DNA from: Octopus sinensis
Taxonomy: Eukaryota
Length of the DNA: 15,887 bases
Assembly (NCBI RefSeq): GCF_006345805.1
Contig: NW_021825521.1
Location: 1 to 15,887 of the forward strand
Direction: 5' to 3'
The position numbers and the translations under genes are program-made. Positions 1-9,994 of the stretch are shown here, in pieces (position 1 is the first letter of the stretch; each line of letters opens with the position of its first letter). The notes below the pieces were generated by a model. The model did not search any database. It worked only from the letters and a program-made list of their open reading frames with translations, and had not been told where the DNA came from.

Positions 1-23
1 CCACTTTGAAATGTATTTTTCAG

Positions 24-74
24 TTGGTCCAAATTCGTCAAAGATGGAAGTCCAGATGGTGGCAGGACCAGTTG
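24..74 (+). CDS. Internal coding exon A (51 nt, phase 1-1) of a death-domain gene: xGPNSSKMEVQMVAGPV
   Basis: Acceptor tatttttcAG (22-23), donor GTGAGT (75-80), length divisible by 3, no stop in the phase-1 frame. Its flanks are homologous to those of the exons at 2865 and 5954. Confidence 0.6.
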
Positions 75-107
75 GTGAGTATAAAATAACTGTACCTAAT
101 TATGTTA

Positions 108-324
108 TCCCATAAGAGGCATAGGGTTGGTTTCCCGGTTTCTCTAGCGTATACATTCCTCCCTGAACAGGACACTAATTCGCTGTAAGATTACTTATTT
201 TTGCCAGCTGAGTGAATGGAAGTGTTTTGCTCAAGAACGCAACGTATTGCCTGGTGAAGGAATCGAAACCCCAATTTTACTATCATGAGTCAAGTACCCT
301 AACCATTAAGCCCGGCGCCTCCAC
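108..324 (-). mobile_element. tRNA-derived SINE inside an insertion (100-383) flanked by a 9-bp target-site duplication
   Basis: The minus strand shows A-box GGCTTAATGG and B-box GTTTCGATTCC. TGTACCTAA occurs at 91-99 and 384-392. The paralogous introns (2937+, 6026+) lack the insert. Confidence 0.75.
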
Positions 325-770
325 TTGCTATGGCCAATTCGTTTCCATAAAACACAAGCGATGGAAAAATTTATAGAAATCAATGTACCTAACTGATTCC
401 TATAAATTCCCCACTCCCTGAGCTGTTTTGTTTGTCAGAAGGACTGAGAACAGGGCCCATCTCTAATCTCCATTTGAAATGTTAGCTGCAAAAGGAGTCG
501 ATGAAATATATCGCTGAGATTTCATAAAATCTTTGTTGCCATGGATGGAAAAATGGATAAATTAGAAAACACAATAGAGTTAATATTGTCTTTTGGAACC
601 AAGAACTAAGATATGTTGTTGTTAGGGGTAAACAGGTGAACAGAAACTAGAAAAATGTGGACCAAAATCATTAATGGTACCAATTGACCATTGCTGATAG
701 GAATGTCTCTCAATAATGTAAAAAATGCGTTTTTTGAAAGTTTAACTGTAAAGTAATTCTATTAATTAAA

Positions 771-841
771 GAGGTCTGTGTGGTAAGTAGCTTGCTTACC
801 GACCACATGGTTCCGGGTTCAGTCCCACGGCGTGGCACCTT
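771..841 (+). mobile_element. SINE head fragment (tRNA-like region only)
   Basis: Near-identical to the heads of the full copies at 4291, 10763 and 11350 (GTGTGGTAAGTAGCTTGCTTACC...GGTTCAGTCCCAC...GTGGCACCTT). Confidence 0.9.
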
Positions 842-1065
842 AGATGAGTTGATGAGAAAGTTTTTCTTTCTTTCTCTCCCAAGTCCTGGGCTCTGTTTCC
901 CGATAGGTTATTGTTGTTGTTGTTGTTGCCTAGTGAGATATTTGTCGTAACATGTTGCTTCTCGCTGGGGTATCTACCAAGAACATCTCTGATTTGAATA
1001 CATATTGGGGTCATAAAATAACAAAAAATATATTATAAACTCGGTATAAGAATATTGATTTTAAA

Positions 1066-1267
1066 GTTTTGACACAAGGCCAGAGAGCTCGATGTAGGGG
1101 GTATTTCAATTTAATCACCCCCAGTGCTCAACTGCTGCTTATTTTATCCGCCCTTAAAGGATGAAAGCCAAGTCAACCAAGGCAGAATTCGAACTCAGAA
1201 CATTAAACCTCAAGAAATGCCTCTAAGCATTTGGGGCAATGTGCTAACGATTCTGCCAGTTCCCTGC
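1066..1267 (-). mobile_element. tRNA-derived SINE, second family
   Basis: The minus strand shows A-box-like TGGCAGAATCGTTAG, B-box GAGTTCGAATTC and a central GCTTTCATCCTTTAAGGGCGGATAAAATAAG segment resembling a conserved SINE core. The family assignment is from recall. Confidence 0.75.
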
Positions 1268-1308
1268 TTTAATATGCATAAGAAAACTGATTTGAAACGT
1301 TAGCTTAA

Positions 1309-1364
1309 TGCCGGCCAGTTTGGGGCAGTGGGTAAGGCGATTACGTCCACACCAGTACTCAATG
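1309..1364 (-). mobile_element. Short 3' fragment of the same SINE family as 1066-1267
   Basis: GGCCAG...GGGTAAGGCGATTACGTCCACACCAGTACTCAA resembles 1078-1132 (GGCCAG...ATCACCCCCAGTGCTCAA). Confidence 0.45.
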
Positions 1365-2651
1365 CTTTTACCTCTGAAATGTAACCTTATTTTGTCATAG
1401 CATCATCTTCTGCCCTCATCTAAGATTTTACATTGTGCTACCCTCTATGGATTTCTATTGTTTTCTTGGGTATAGGACCATAGCCCTACAATTTGGGATT
1501 ATTGACATCCAACGTCCAGTAATGTTCAGATGTTATTGTTCTACTTTCATTCCGTATCAAACAGTATGTTGTGAAACATATTTCTTTATATATGCGACAC
1601 TAATTAAATTTATTTCATAAAGCATGATAATGACCTTTTTTAATTAGTTAATCTTAATTAGCATAAGGGACAAATGGTATAGTAGTGTTGATGGTGTGGG
1701 ATGTAAGTAGAGTTACATGTTCCTCGTAATCTTCTTCTTATATTGGCATCAGAAAGACAGTCTCTGTCATTTAATGGTGTAACTTTTGTGTTCTCAAATT
1801 TACTTGTGACTGGGTTTTCAAACCTTGGACGTCCACCACAGTCATAGAGGAAACATCAAATGAGTGGGTAAACTTTGACTGCTGTATAAAATAGGGTCAA
1901 CAGAGATACCCTATTTTCTTGAAAACCTGTTCAGGTATATCATTTCAGTTATTTTCACTGTAATAATATATGGATGAACAGTTTCTTATAAGTTGTTAAT
2001 GAGGTGATGTCTTTTAGAACACCTGATATCACCTTCCGTTCCACCTGTGTAAAACTATTCATTGCTCACCATTTAAAAAATAAACTTTTAGGGAGTTTTC
2101 AAATATTTCACTTGACATCCTGTTAAACTGTGATGCAGGCAGTTAAAATTAATGATTACCAGCAGCAACGTTTAACAAAGAGAGGAGTTGTATGTTTATC
2201 CTACTTGAAGTTGTCTGTCGTGTCTGTGGTTAGATCTTTGATGACCAACTTCCCTGACTTTACAATTAAGCAGAAGATAAGACGAATGTTGGTTAGTGAA
2301 ATCTAGAAGTGAGACAACAATGATATGTCATAGATTGGACACAGATAGAAGAACAGAAAGACAGAACTAAGGGGAAACAGTTTTATCAAGTGATAATTAA
2401 ATGAAATAACCGTAACATTGTTAGATTATGTATGATGTCTTAATAGATAGTGGAGATTTAGGACGGTCAGTCAATTTCGTTGTGGACGTAAATACTGAAT
2501 TATCACATGGGGTCACTGTAGAGAGTATAAAAATCTTGACCAAACCCACAGTGTCACCAGTTGACCATTAGTGATAGAAATGTCTAAAAATAAAAGAATA
2601 TAGTTTATTTATAATAAAGAAATACGATTAAATGTAAAACCTTGAAATATC

Positions 2652-2843
2652 GAAGACAGGCAAATACCTAGAAACTGCAGTCCGTGCGTATCACTTAGGT
2701 TGACGAGAGAGGGATGACCTCCCTTTGCAAATATCATAAGGGCACAGAAAGTGTGCCTAAATCCAGCTGGAGACGATGATCTCCTGGGGCTACAAGCTAC
2801 AGTAACAATATGGTTAGCCATATTGAGATGGCTAGTATACTTT
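2652..2843. mobile_element. 192-bp insertion with a 13-bp target-site duplication just upstream of the exon B acceptor
   Basis: ACCTTGAAATATC occurs at 2639-2651 and 2844-2856. Removing the insert restores collinearity with the acceptor region at 5900-5953. Confidence 0.7.
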
Positions 2844-2864
2844 ACCTTGAAATATCTCTTTCAG

Positions 2865-2936
2865 TGTCTCCAAAGTTTGAGGACAAAGGAGTTCAATCAG
2901 ATGCACAGTTATTAGGGGCTACATCCAAGCAAGGTG
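2865..2936 (+). CDS. Internal coding exon B (72 nt, phase 1-1): xSPKFEDKGVQSDAQLLGATSKQG
   Basis: Acceptor tctctttcAG (2863-2864), donor GTGAGT (2937), open frame. Same length as exon C with gapless amino-acid alignment to it. Confidence 0.65.
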
Positions 2937-3699
2937 GTGAGTATAAAATAACAGTTCCCAATTGATTTCTATAAAGTTTACTTACCCTGGGCATATTGTG
3001 CTTGAAAGAATAACTGAAAACATGTTATATTCTTACTCTCAAATTGAAAGATTAGCTGCAAAATAATTGTATTAAAGATATGGATATTACTGAAAGGTCA
3101 TGAAATATCCACCGAGGTAAGCACAGTTTGTAATAATGGATTAAAAAGGCACAACAAAGTTAATTTTATCATTTCCACAGGAAACTAGTGATGTAGTTGA
3201 AGTGTAAACAAGTGAGGAAATTATGATTTTTCCTGTTTATTATTGTGGTTGTTTAGGTAGATGCTTTTCATAATGTGGCAGAATTACTATGAAATATCTT
3301 CCAAGTGTGAACAGCCTGTCGTTTTTCACTGATACTAAATCTATCATTACATCCACTAAACATTGTCTTTATCCAAGCAGAAGACTTTGCTTTCTTGATG
3401 AAACAACCCTTGTTTCTCTTTCTCGCTTGAAGATACAATGCAATGATATGACCTTCATCATTTATGATTTCCATATTCCCATGGGTGGTCACTGTCCAAG
3501 TCAGTTCTTATTGAGAATTACTGCCCAACTTCATTTGTGGAGGAACACATCTCACTAAAATATTTCAGCCTTTCTATGGTGGTAATCCCTTCTTAACATC
3601 GACCTCTTTATAAAGGGTCCTGGGTGCATTTTATGGTGGCACATGTTCTAGAAAGATTGTCATGTCCTCAAAAAACTTAAACGTCCCTTTTTAACTTAT

Positions 3700-5405
3700 T
3701 CAAAGAAATATGAGACATGTTGAAACAGGAAAGGATAGTAAAGGGTATGGAGAGCAGCTTGCTAAGAACCCATATGAGGTTACTCAGAAACAGTTTGCAG
3801 ATACTAAGAGTGGAAAGCTAAAATGCAATAAAGATGCAAAGAGACGGGTTGACACGGGCGTCCTACACTGACACAAAGTGAAATCAAACATTCCCACTCA
3901 TGGACAGTTTGAAATTACCAAGGAAACCAGCAATCAAATATTTCAGCTTGGTGATTTCAGTAAGAAGCAAGTATATAGCTGAGGGAAGAGGACAAGAGCA
4001 AAGAGTGCCCCAGGAGGGGATGGTGTACTATGGAAAGTGTACAAGCATTATACCCAATTGTGTTATAAGTATTACCTACTACTTTGGAAGTTGTGATATA
4101 AAGGTGAACTGGATGGCTGATGCAAGGTAAAAGGAGTTTACTTATCAAAGGGAGCTAAAGGAAAATCGACCGACCAGTTCAGAACAATTCCAACCGTGAA
4201 CGAAGATGGCAAGATTTACATGGGTGTACTTGCTAAGAGATCAACTACATATCTCCAAAATAATGGTTATGGGACGGAAAGTATCCAGACGGCGTAGGAG
4301 TGGCTGTGTGGTAAGTAGCTTGCTTACAAACCACATGGTTCCGGGTTCAGTCCCACTGCGTGGCACCTTGGGCAAGTGTCTTCTACTATAGCCTCGGACC
4401 GAACAAAGCCTTGTGAGTGGATTTGGTAGACGGAAACTGAAATAAACCCGTCGCATATATATACATATGTATGTATGTGTATATGTTTGTGTGTCTGTGT
4501 TTGTTCCCCCAGCATCACTTGACAACCGATGCTGGTTTGTTTACGTCCCCGTAACTTATTTGTTCGAGAAAAGAGACCAATAGAATAAGTACCAGGCTTA
4601 CAAAGAATAAGTCCTGGGGTTGATATGCTCGACTAAAAGCGGTGCTCCAGCATGGCCACAGTCAGCTCACTGAAACAAATAAAAGAGTAAAGAGTAAAAG
4701 AGAGAAGACAGGAATCCCTGAATGTGTGGAACTTGCATTTTGAATCTGGGATGCGATACAAGATACAAAGAAGAACAAAAGCGATTTGAATGTTGTATGG
4801 CTTGATCAGGTTAATGCTTATCGTTCTGTACTACACGAATTGTTGCTGAAAACAACGGACGTCTTTTATATACGAGAAAAGATTAAGAATCTAATGAAGA
4901 GTTGCTGTAATAATTTCAAAATGCGCTTCAGGACAGAATATTTCACAACAGACTCGCATCGTCTGGAGACTGGAATTGCCGTGGGTTGCACAATATCAGT
5001 CATTTTGTTTGTACTTGTTATGGAAATGTTTATTAGATCAGCAGATTGATCAGAAGAAATAACTCGAGTGAAGTCCCCTAAGACGACATTAATGGATGAC
5101 ATAACAACACAAACAACAGAGCAAAAGGATATGCAAATAGTTCTGAATAGACTGTATTAATTAATTAGTTGGTCAAGAATAGGTTTGAAGGCAAATAAAT
5201 GTTGCCGTCATTGGCCAAAGCTCAGCAGAAATAAGTGAAATTCAAAGTAGCAGAAGAAAGCATGTCAAAGGTTAAAGAGAAACTGTTTAGGGTGATGGTA
5301 CACTACCTCATTGTCCCACAAGAGTAGAGGCATCGAGATAATAGCACAAAAAGAAGACATCTTATAAGCAATAGATAAGCCAAAACTTTTGGGGAATAAA
5401 GGGTT
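3700..5405 (+). pseudogene. Decayed non-LTR retrotransposon reverse transcriptase (HERO/R2-like group by motif recall), split by a SINE
   Basis: RAKSAPGGDG (3995+), GVYLSK...QFRTIPTVNEDGKIYMGVLAKR...ESIQ, then after the SINE KTGIP...VVWLDQVNAYRSVLH...GIAVGCTISVILFVLVME...TLMDD (MDD at 5092-5100) and LG*WY. Many stops and frameshifts. The RT call is solid, the clade less so. Confidence 0.85.
4291..4703 (+). mobile_element. Full-length tRNA-derived SINE with internal (TA)/(TG) microsatellite and AAAGAGT tail
   Basis: A-box TGGCTGTGTGG, B-box GGTTCAGTCCC, CORE-like CCTTGGGCAAGTGTCTT. Homologous end to end with 10763-11200 and 11350-11756. Confidence 0.9.
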
Positions 5406-5524
5406 TTAAAGAACTTCTTTATTAAGGAGTCTTAAAATATTTCCTGAATCAGATGATGTTCTTGTGACCTGGGATGTGCGGAGTTACGATTCAAGATTAC
5501 CAACATCAACCCTTCACAAAGATG

Positions 5525-6295
5525 TCAGGTGTATGTTTATCCTACATGAATTTGTCTGCCGTGTATTTGTGGTTAGGTCTTTGGAAACCACCTTGTTTGA
5601 CATTAGAATTAAGCAGAAGATGAGAAAAATGTTGGTGAGTGAAGTCATGTCACAGGTTTGGTACAGATATAAGAAGGGAAATAGAGAACTGTGAGAAAAA
5701 TAGTCTTATCAAATGATAATTAAATGTGACAAATGCAACATTGTTAGATTATGTAGGATGTGTTGATAGAGAGACGAAGTTTAAGAAGTTTAATCTATTT
5801 TGTTGTGGACCAAAATATTGAGCTATTACATAGATTAAAAAGGTTGACCAAAATCATAGTGGTCACCAGTTGACCATTGATGATAAGCATGCCTCAAGAA
5901 TAAAGATTAAGAAATTTAGTATAAATTATAAAATTTGGAAATATTTATTTCAGGGAGTCCACAGCTGAAGGAAAAGGATCTTCTGAGAGTGGCTAAGAGG
6001 TTAGGAAGAGATTGGTGGCAAGTAGGTGAGTATAAAATTACACTACCTAATTGATTTCTATAAATTTTACATTCACCTGAGCTATTTCATTTGTCAGGAT
6101 GAAAGAGAACAGGTTACATTCCTAATTTCCAGTGGAATGGTTAGCTGCAAAATAAATTCTATTAATGATATTACTGGTATTTCATAAAGTATCCACTGAG
6201 GTTGGTAATTATGGATACACAAGAAAATACAAGTAGCATTTAATATTGGAAGAAAGAAGAAAAATATGTTAAGGGTAAACAGCTGAGTTAATGAC
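5525..6295 (+). repeat. Intragenic duplication block 3
   Basis: Collinear with blocks 1 and 2. The first 39 nt after the donor are 35/39 identical to block 2. Confidence 0.9.
5954..6025 (+). CDS. Internal coding exon C (72 nt, phase 1-1), N-terminal helices of a death domain: xSPQLKEKDLLRVAKRLGRDWWQV
   Basis: Acceptor tttatttcAG (5952-5953), donor GTGAGT (6026). DLLRVAKRLGRDW matches the death-domain helix 1-2 pattern (L..ia..lG.dW) and joins in frame to the exon at 7943. Confidence 0.85.
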
Positions 6296-6464
6296 AACGT
6301 TTTTGGTTCGTCTTTACTCCATCAAAAGACTATGAGTTAGGGTCTTCTTGAAGACATTAGGGATTGGGTTATTGTGTTTGAAAGTGATAATTGCACTTAT
6401 TACACACATGTGATTGAGAACACTTTGAGATATTTTTGGTATCTAACATATGTCAGATACTACG

Positions 6465-6568
6465 AGCGCTGCTTCTGATAGGTCAATCCATGGTGATGAC
6501 CCGAGGTAACGGTGACAGCGCTGCTTCTGATTGGTCAATTCATGGTGATGACCCGAGGTCCCGGTGAC
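6465..6568. repeat. Two tandem 52-bp direct repeats
   Basis: AGCGCTGCTTCTGAT(A/T)GGTCAAT(C/T)CATGGTGATGACCCGAGGT(AA/CC)CGGTGAC at 6465 and 6517. Confidence 0.95.
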
Positions 6569-6664
6569 GGCACTACTTTTGTCATTCATAAGTTACAACT
6601 AAACGTGAAGAATTTAGTTATTGGGTTAATAAAATATGGTCGTTTATTCGTGTGTAATAAATAA

Positions 6665-6804
6665 AATACCAAACTCATTCCCTATGGATACCGTATTTAT
6701 TACAACGAGTGGCTTGTAAACGTATCTAACTTTCGCTCGTTAGATACGTTTACAAGCCACTCGTTGTAATAAATACGGTATCCATAGGGAATTAGTTTGG
6801 TATT
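6665..6804. repeat. Near-perfect inverted repeat: 66-bp arms, 8-nt loop
   Basis: 6665-6730 is the reverse complement of 6739-6804 with one mismatch. The loop is TTTCGCTC. Confidence 0.97.
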
Positions 6805-7184
6805 CTCTCTTTTATATTGCCATATTGAAATGACTTTACCACATGACATATGTTTGTAAATGCTTCAGTAAAAACAGACTTAGTATAGGGGTGACACAGC
6901 CAAATCATATCATATTCCCCACATCCAAAAAGAGAGAATGACTCTAAGGAAATTTGCCAGAAAATGAATATTCACAAGTGAAGCCAGACCATGGCTGGTT
7001 CTCTCTCTCACTGAGACATAAGAATAACTGAATGGGTTCAGGAGAATTGATTGAATCTGGAGTAGATTCAAAAAGGATTGGATTTGACTGAGAATAATCG
7101 ACTGTTGGTCTATCATTATTCATTTGATTTTCAGTGTCATTTTGGGAACTTTGCAAGGTGATTGATTTCACAGAGACATTACTT

Positions 7185-7600
7185 TCATGACCCTTTGAAT
7201 ATCAGATCTGAAATCTGCCAGATTAAGACAGATATATGGGATTTCTCTGAAGGGTCTCTGGAGTAATGTTACCCAATAGGATTTATAGTTCAGAGATCTG
7301 GGAGTCTCTCCAGGTGGAGCCACTTCTTCACATCTCTGGTACCTAGGACATGTGATCAGAATGTCGCAGGATTGAATTACAAGACAGGTTCTCAAAGTCA
7401 AAACCAATGGAGTAGGAGACCCAGGGGTAGACCAAGCACTAAATAGTTGGATGATATCCATAGACTTAGTTGTTGATGCTTGGGAATCCAACCAAAATAT
7501 GTAATGATGGTTACATCTGATAGGCCCCTATGGAAGAAATGCCTGGGGACTCTATCCCCACAACTCTCCCAGAAATATTGAGCAGAGGGAATGAATGGAT
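7185..7600 (+). pseudogene. 3' fragment of an RTE-clade LINE (Rex3/Expander-like)
   Basis: MGFL*RVSG...LQVEPLLHI..LWYLGHVIRM...RRPRGRP...LGIQP...DRPLWKKCL matches the RTE C-terminal pattern. Stops, a frameshift and an ATGA/ATGG-like tail are present. Confidence 0.8.
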
Positions 7601-7942
7601 CAAATGGTTTGCCTGTTGGTACCCTATATTGATTCTTTAGGTTCTCATGCACTTTTGCCTTCACAAACACATCTGCCATCGGTTTACCTTAAAAGATTCT
7701 CAAGTGTAAACTTTAACTAATTTTTTAAAAAATCTCCATTAATTTAACCACTTTGTTATTTTTCTCATCATCCCTAGAAATAGAAAACAATGTCTTATAA
7801 TTTTCTTGTTTCTTAGCTATTTTTTTATATTTCTCTCTTGAAATAGTTTCTTTGTTATGTTTATAACAGCACACATCTTTTATATTATTGTTAATATTGT
7901 TGATGTTGTTGCATTTATTTCTTATTGTTGTGTCTTTTGCAG

Positions 7943-8142
7943 CAATTTTTTTAGGAGTTGATACAACTAAACTGAAAATTGATGATGAGTCTATTGACGC
8001 TGTAAAACAAGGCTACCTGATGCTTTACGAATGGTACAGGAATTGCGACCCAGAAACACGGACACACGCAACATTACGTGCAGCTCTTGAAGAAGCTGAA
8101 TGTGTCGCTGTGATGGAATGTCTGTCATTAGACGCAAAGTGA
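7943..8142 (+). CDS. Terminal coding exon D, rest of the death domain: AIFLGVDTTKLKIDDESIDAVKQGYLMLYEWYRNCDPETRTHATLRAALEEAECVAVMECLSLDAK*
   Basis: Acceptor gtgtcttttgcAG (7941-7942), phase 1, TGA at 8140-8142. The pattern FLG...Q.Y.ML.EW...AT...L..AL fits the death fold. An in-frame alternative acceptor is possible at 7953-7954. Confidence 0.85.
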
Positions 8143-8384
8143 ATTTCTGTGTAACTGTTGTTGTTTAGCCTCAGATTAACCTTGACCAAACAGAGACTTA
8201 TGATCAAACGCATGCCAGCCAAGACCATCATACCTATTTCCAAAGAGAACCCACAACCACATTGTCCAATATGCCCTTCTGTACAGTGATATCGTGTGAA
8301 TTTAGCTGCTAATTCTAGCAGGTATATCAGCCACATAGTGATCCATTCACTGGTTTGGCTCCTTTGTTAAAAATTCACATTTAA

Positions 8385-8878
8385 AATAAAGACAAACTTT
8401 GAAATGTTCATTTATTGTTGTTGCTGTTGTTGTATATCTAATCCCCTCCCTAAACAACCCCATTGTTATATAGACAGCTTTAATATCTTCTGCTATATTG
8501 ATAGTTATCTACCTTCATTTTTAGCTGAGAGTAGAATGCCTGGTATATATATATATATTGATGTCTTTTCCCTTTATATATCCTATAGAGATAGTATTTC
8601 TATATAATACATGATGTATCTAAGGATATATCTCACTTTGTCCTGTTGTGGTTTAAGACAGGACTCTCCAAAGTGGTGGTGGTTGAATAAAAATTCCAGG
8701 GGTTTTGAGTGCAATATACAATATTTTAATTTTATATTCTTACTTTATGACCTTCGTTATTTACTAATTACTGAAATTTTCGTCAGTAAAAATAAAACTT
8801 CACTATTATACATATGAAAATAAATCAAAAAAATTATAATTAAACAATAGCTGTGCTGAAAAAGTCTGAGATAATAAA
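8385..8878 (+). promoter_or_regulatory. Candidate polyadenylation signals of the death-domain gene
   Basis: AATAAA at 8385, 8686, 8791 and 8873, with a T/GT-rich stretch near 8893-8915. The hexamer is common in AT-rich DNA, so the site used is unknown. Confidence 0.35.
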
Positions 8879-9789
8879 ATAATGACACAACATTTGTTGT
8901 TTTAATTGCATGTGTCTCCCTCTTTTTAAATAACTTCAGATAAAGGAAGAGTACAATTCTTCCTTACAATATTTACCTTCATATTACTCCACTGTTATTT
9001 TAATTTGAAATTAGATTTCAAGTTCTTACAGCAGAGACCAAGATCAAATAAGTAAAACATATGAGACCTTCATGTACATTATAAGATGTGACAGGAAGCT
9101 CTACCGAGCAGACTTTTGTGGAATTGGAAAGGAAGATTCATAAGTATTCTCCACTTTTTATTGGATTCTTTTGTGATAGAAGTGAACAAACCTGATTGTT
9201 TTCAAATTAAATAATCAAGATATTTAAATTAGATAAAAAGAAACTTTATTCAGAAATTGATAATTACTATTAAAGCAAAACGAAATTTTACCGGTGAGTG
9301 TGTTAAATAATAAGGCACTAAAAGAGAATGACTCTCCCCAGACACAACAAAATTATTTTGTATCAAACTTTGTACAAAATTATTCTAAATAAATTGATAA
9401 CATAAGTTTCTGATTTTTTGCTTGGATAACTGGGGGAGAAATTCTATTCACACATTATATGCCATGTAAATACACAACAAAATAATAAAGCTGTTCAAAG
9501 CTATAGGTTACTGTTTATATAGACCAGCTGGAGCAAATTTAGTTTAACATTTAATGCGTAGCAATAAACTCATTTATAAAAGTGTTAGTTTTCTTTAAAT
9601 TGAGAAAACGTAAGACTTTTAGTGACTTTATAAAACTAAAAAGAGTAACTTCAAACTTTGATGACCCCAGACAAATTCCTTTACTGACTGAGATCTTCAT
9701 CTTGTTCTGGTCAATGACTGTCAAAGTAATTTTCATATTTTAAAAGCATCAAAACGAAAATATGTTGCCCAGAGAAGAGAGGTTGAATT

Positions 9790-9937
9790 TGTCAAATTAT
9801 AAAAGCACAGAGTATAATGATGGACTGGACATTTTCTTTAGGTTAATGATCAGAGGATCCCTAAACAGATGCTATATGCTAAACTTCTTTATGGAAAGAG
9901 CCCCCAGCAGAAACGAAGACTACGATTTAAGGACTGT
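9790..9937 (+). pseudogene. Short RTE-clade LINE 3' fragment
   Basis: The frame starting at 9821 reads WTGHFL*VNDQRIPKQMLYAKLLYGKSPQQKRRLRFKDC, matching the RTE WxGHxxRMxxxRxPKQxLY...RFKD motif. It ends at a (TA)n tract. Confidence 0.7.
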
Positions 9938-9942
9938 ATATA

Positions 9943-9988
<46 letters not shown>

Positions 9989-9994
9989 TATATA
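9936..9994. repeat. (TA)n microsatellite
   Basis: Direct reading. Confidence 0.95.

Larger units (their letters stand above)
1..720 (+). repeat. Intragenic duplication block 1 (acceptor, exon, post-donor intron, plus a partial extra pre-exon segment at ~645-720)
   Basis: Shares GTGAGTATAAAAT, TGATT(C/T)CTATAAA, TTAGCTGCAAAA, GGTAAACAG and GACCAAAATC...TTGACCATT with blocks 2 and 3. Confidence 0.85.
2185..3230 (+). repeat. Intragenic duplication block 2
   Basis: TGTATGTTTATCCTAC, AATTAAGCAGAAGAT, TGATAATTAAATG, AACATTGTTAGATTATGTA and CACCAGTTGACCATT are collinear with 5525-5900. The post-donor intron is collinear with 6026-6295. Confidence 0.9.
6410..6812. mobile_element. Possible non-autonomous fold-back DNA element (Crypton-like by recall)
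   Basis: Combines CTGATTGG-containing subrepeats, a long internal palindrome with a CGCTCGTTAGATAC centre, and a TATTCTCT end. No coding capacity, and the boundaries are approximate. Confidence 0.35.

Noticed and set aside
1888-1917. 10-bp inverted repeat AAAATAGGGT/ACCCTATTTT
   Set aside because: Short and AT-rich; expected by chance in a window of this size.
3270-3600. Possible inverted fragment of the LINE C-terminal region on the minus strand (ERETRVVSS..., SAWIK)
   Set aside because: The similarity is faint and needs several frameshifts; a tBLASTn search would be required.
4291-4375. tRNA genes at the SINE heads
   Set aside because: A and B boxes are present, but there is no complete cloverleaf and each continues into the SINE body.
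7888-7942. Hydrophobic N-terminus of the listed ORF 7888-8142 resembling a signal peptide
   Set aside because: It is the T-rich polypyrimidine tract of the intron. The real frame enters at the acceptor at 7943 from exon C.
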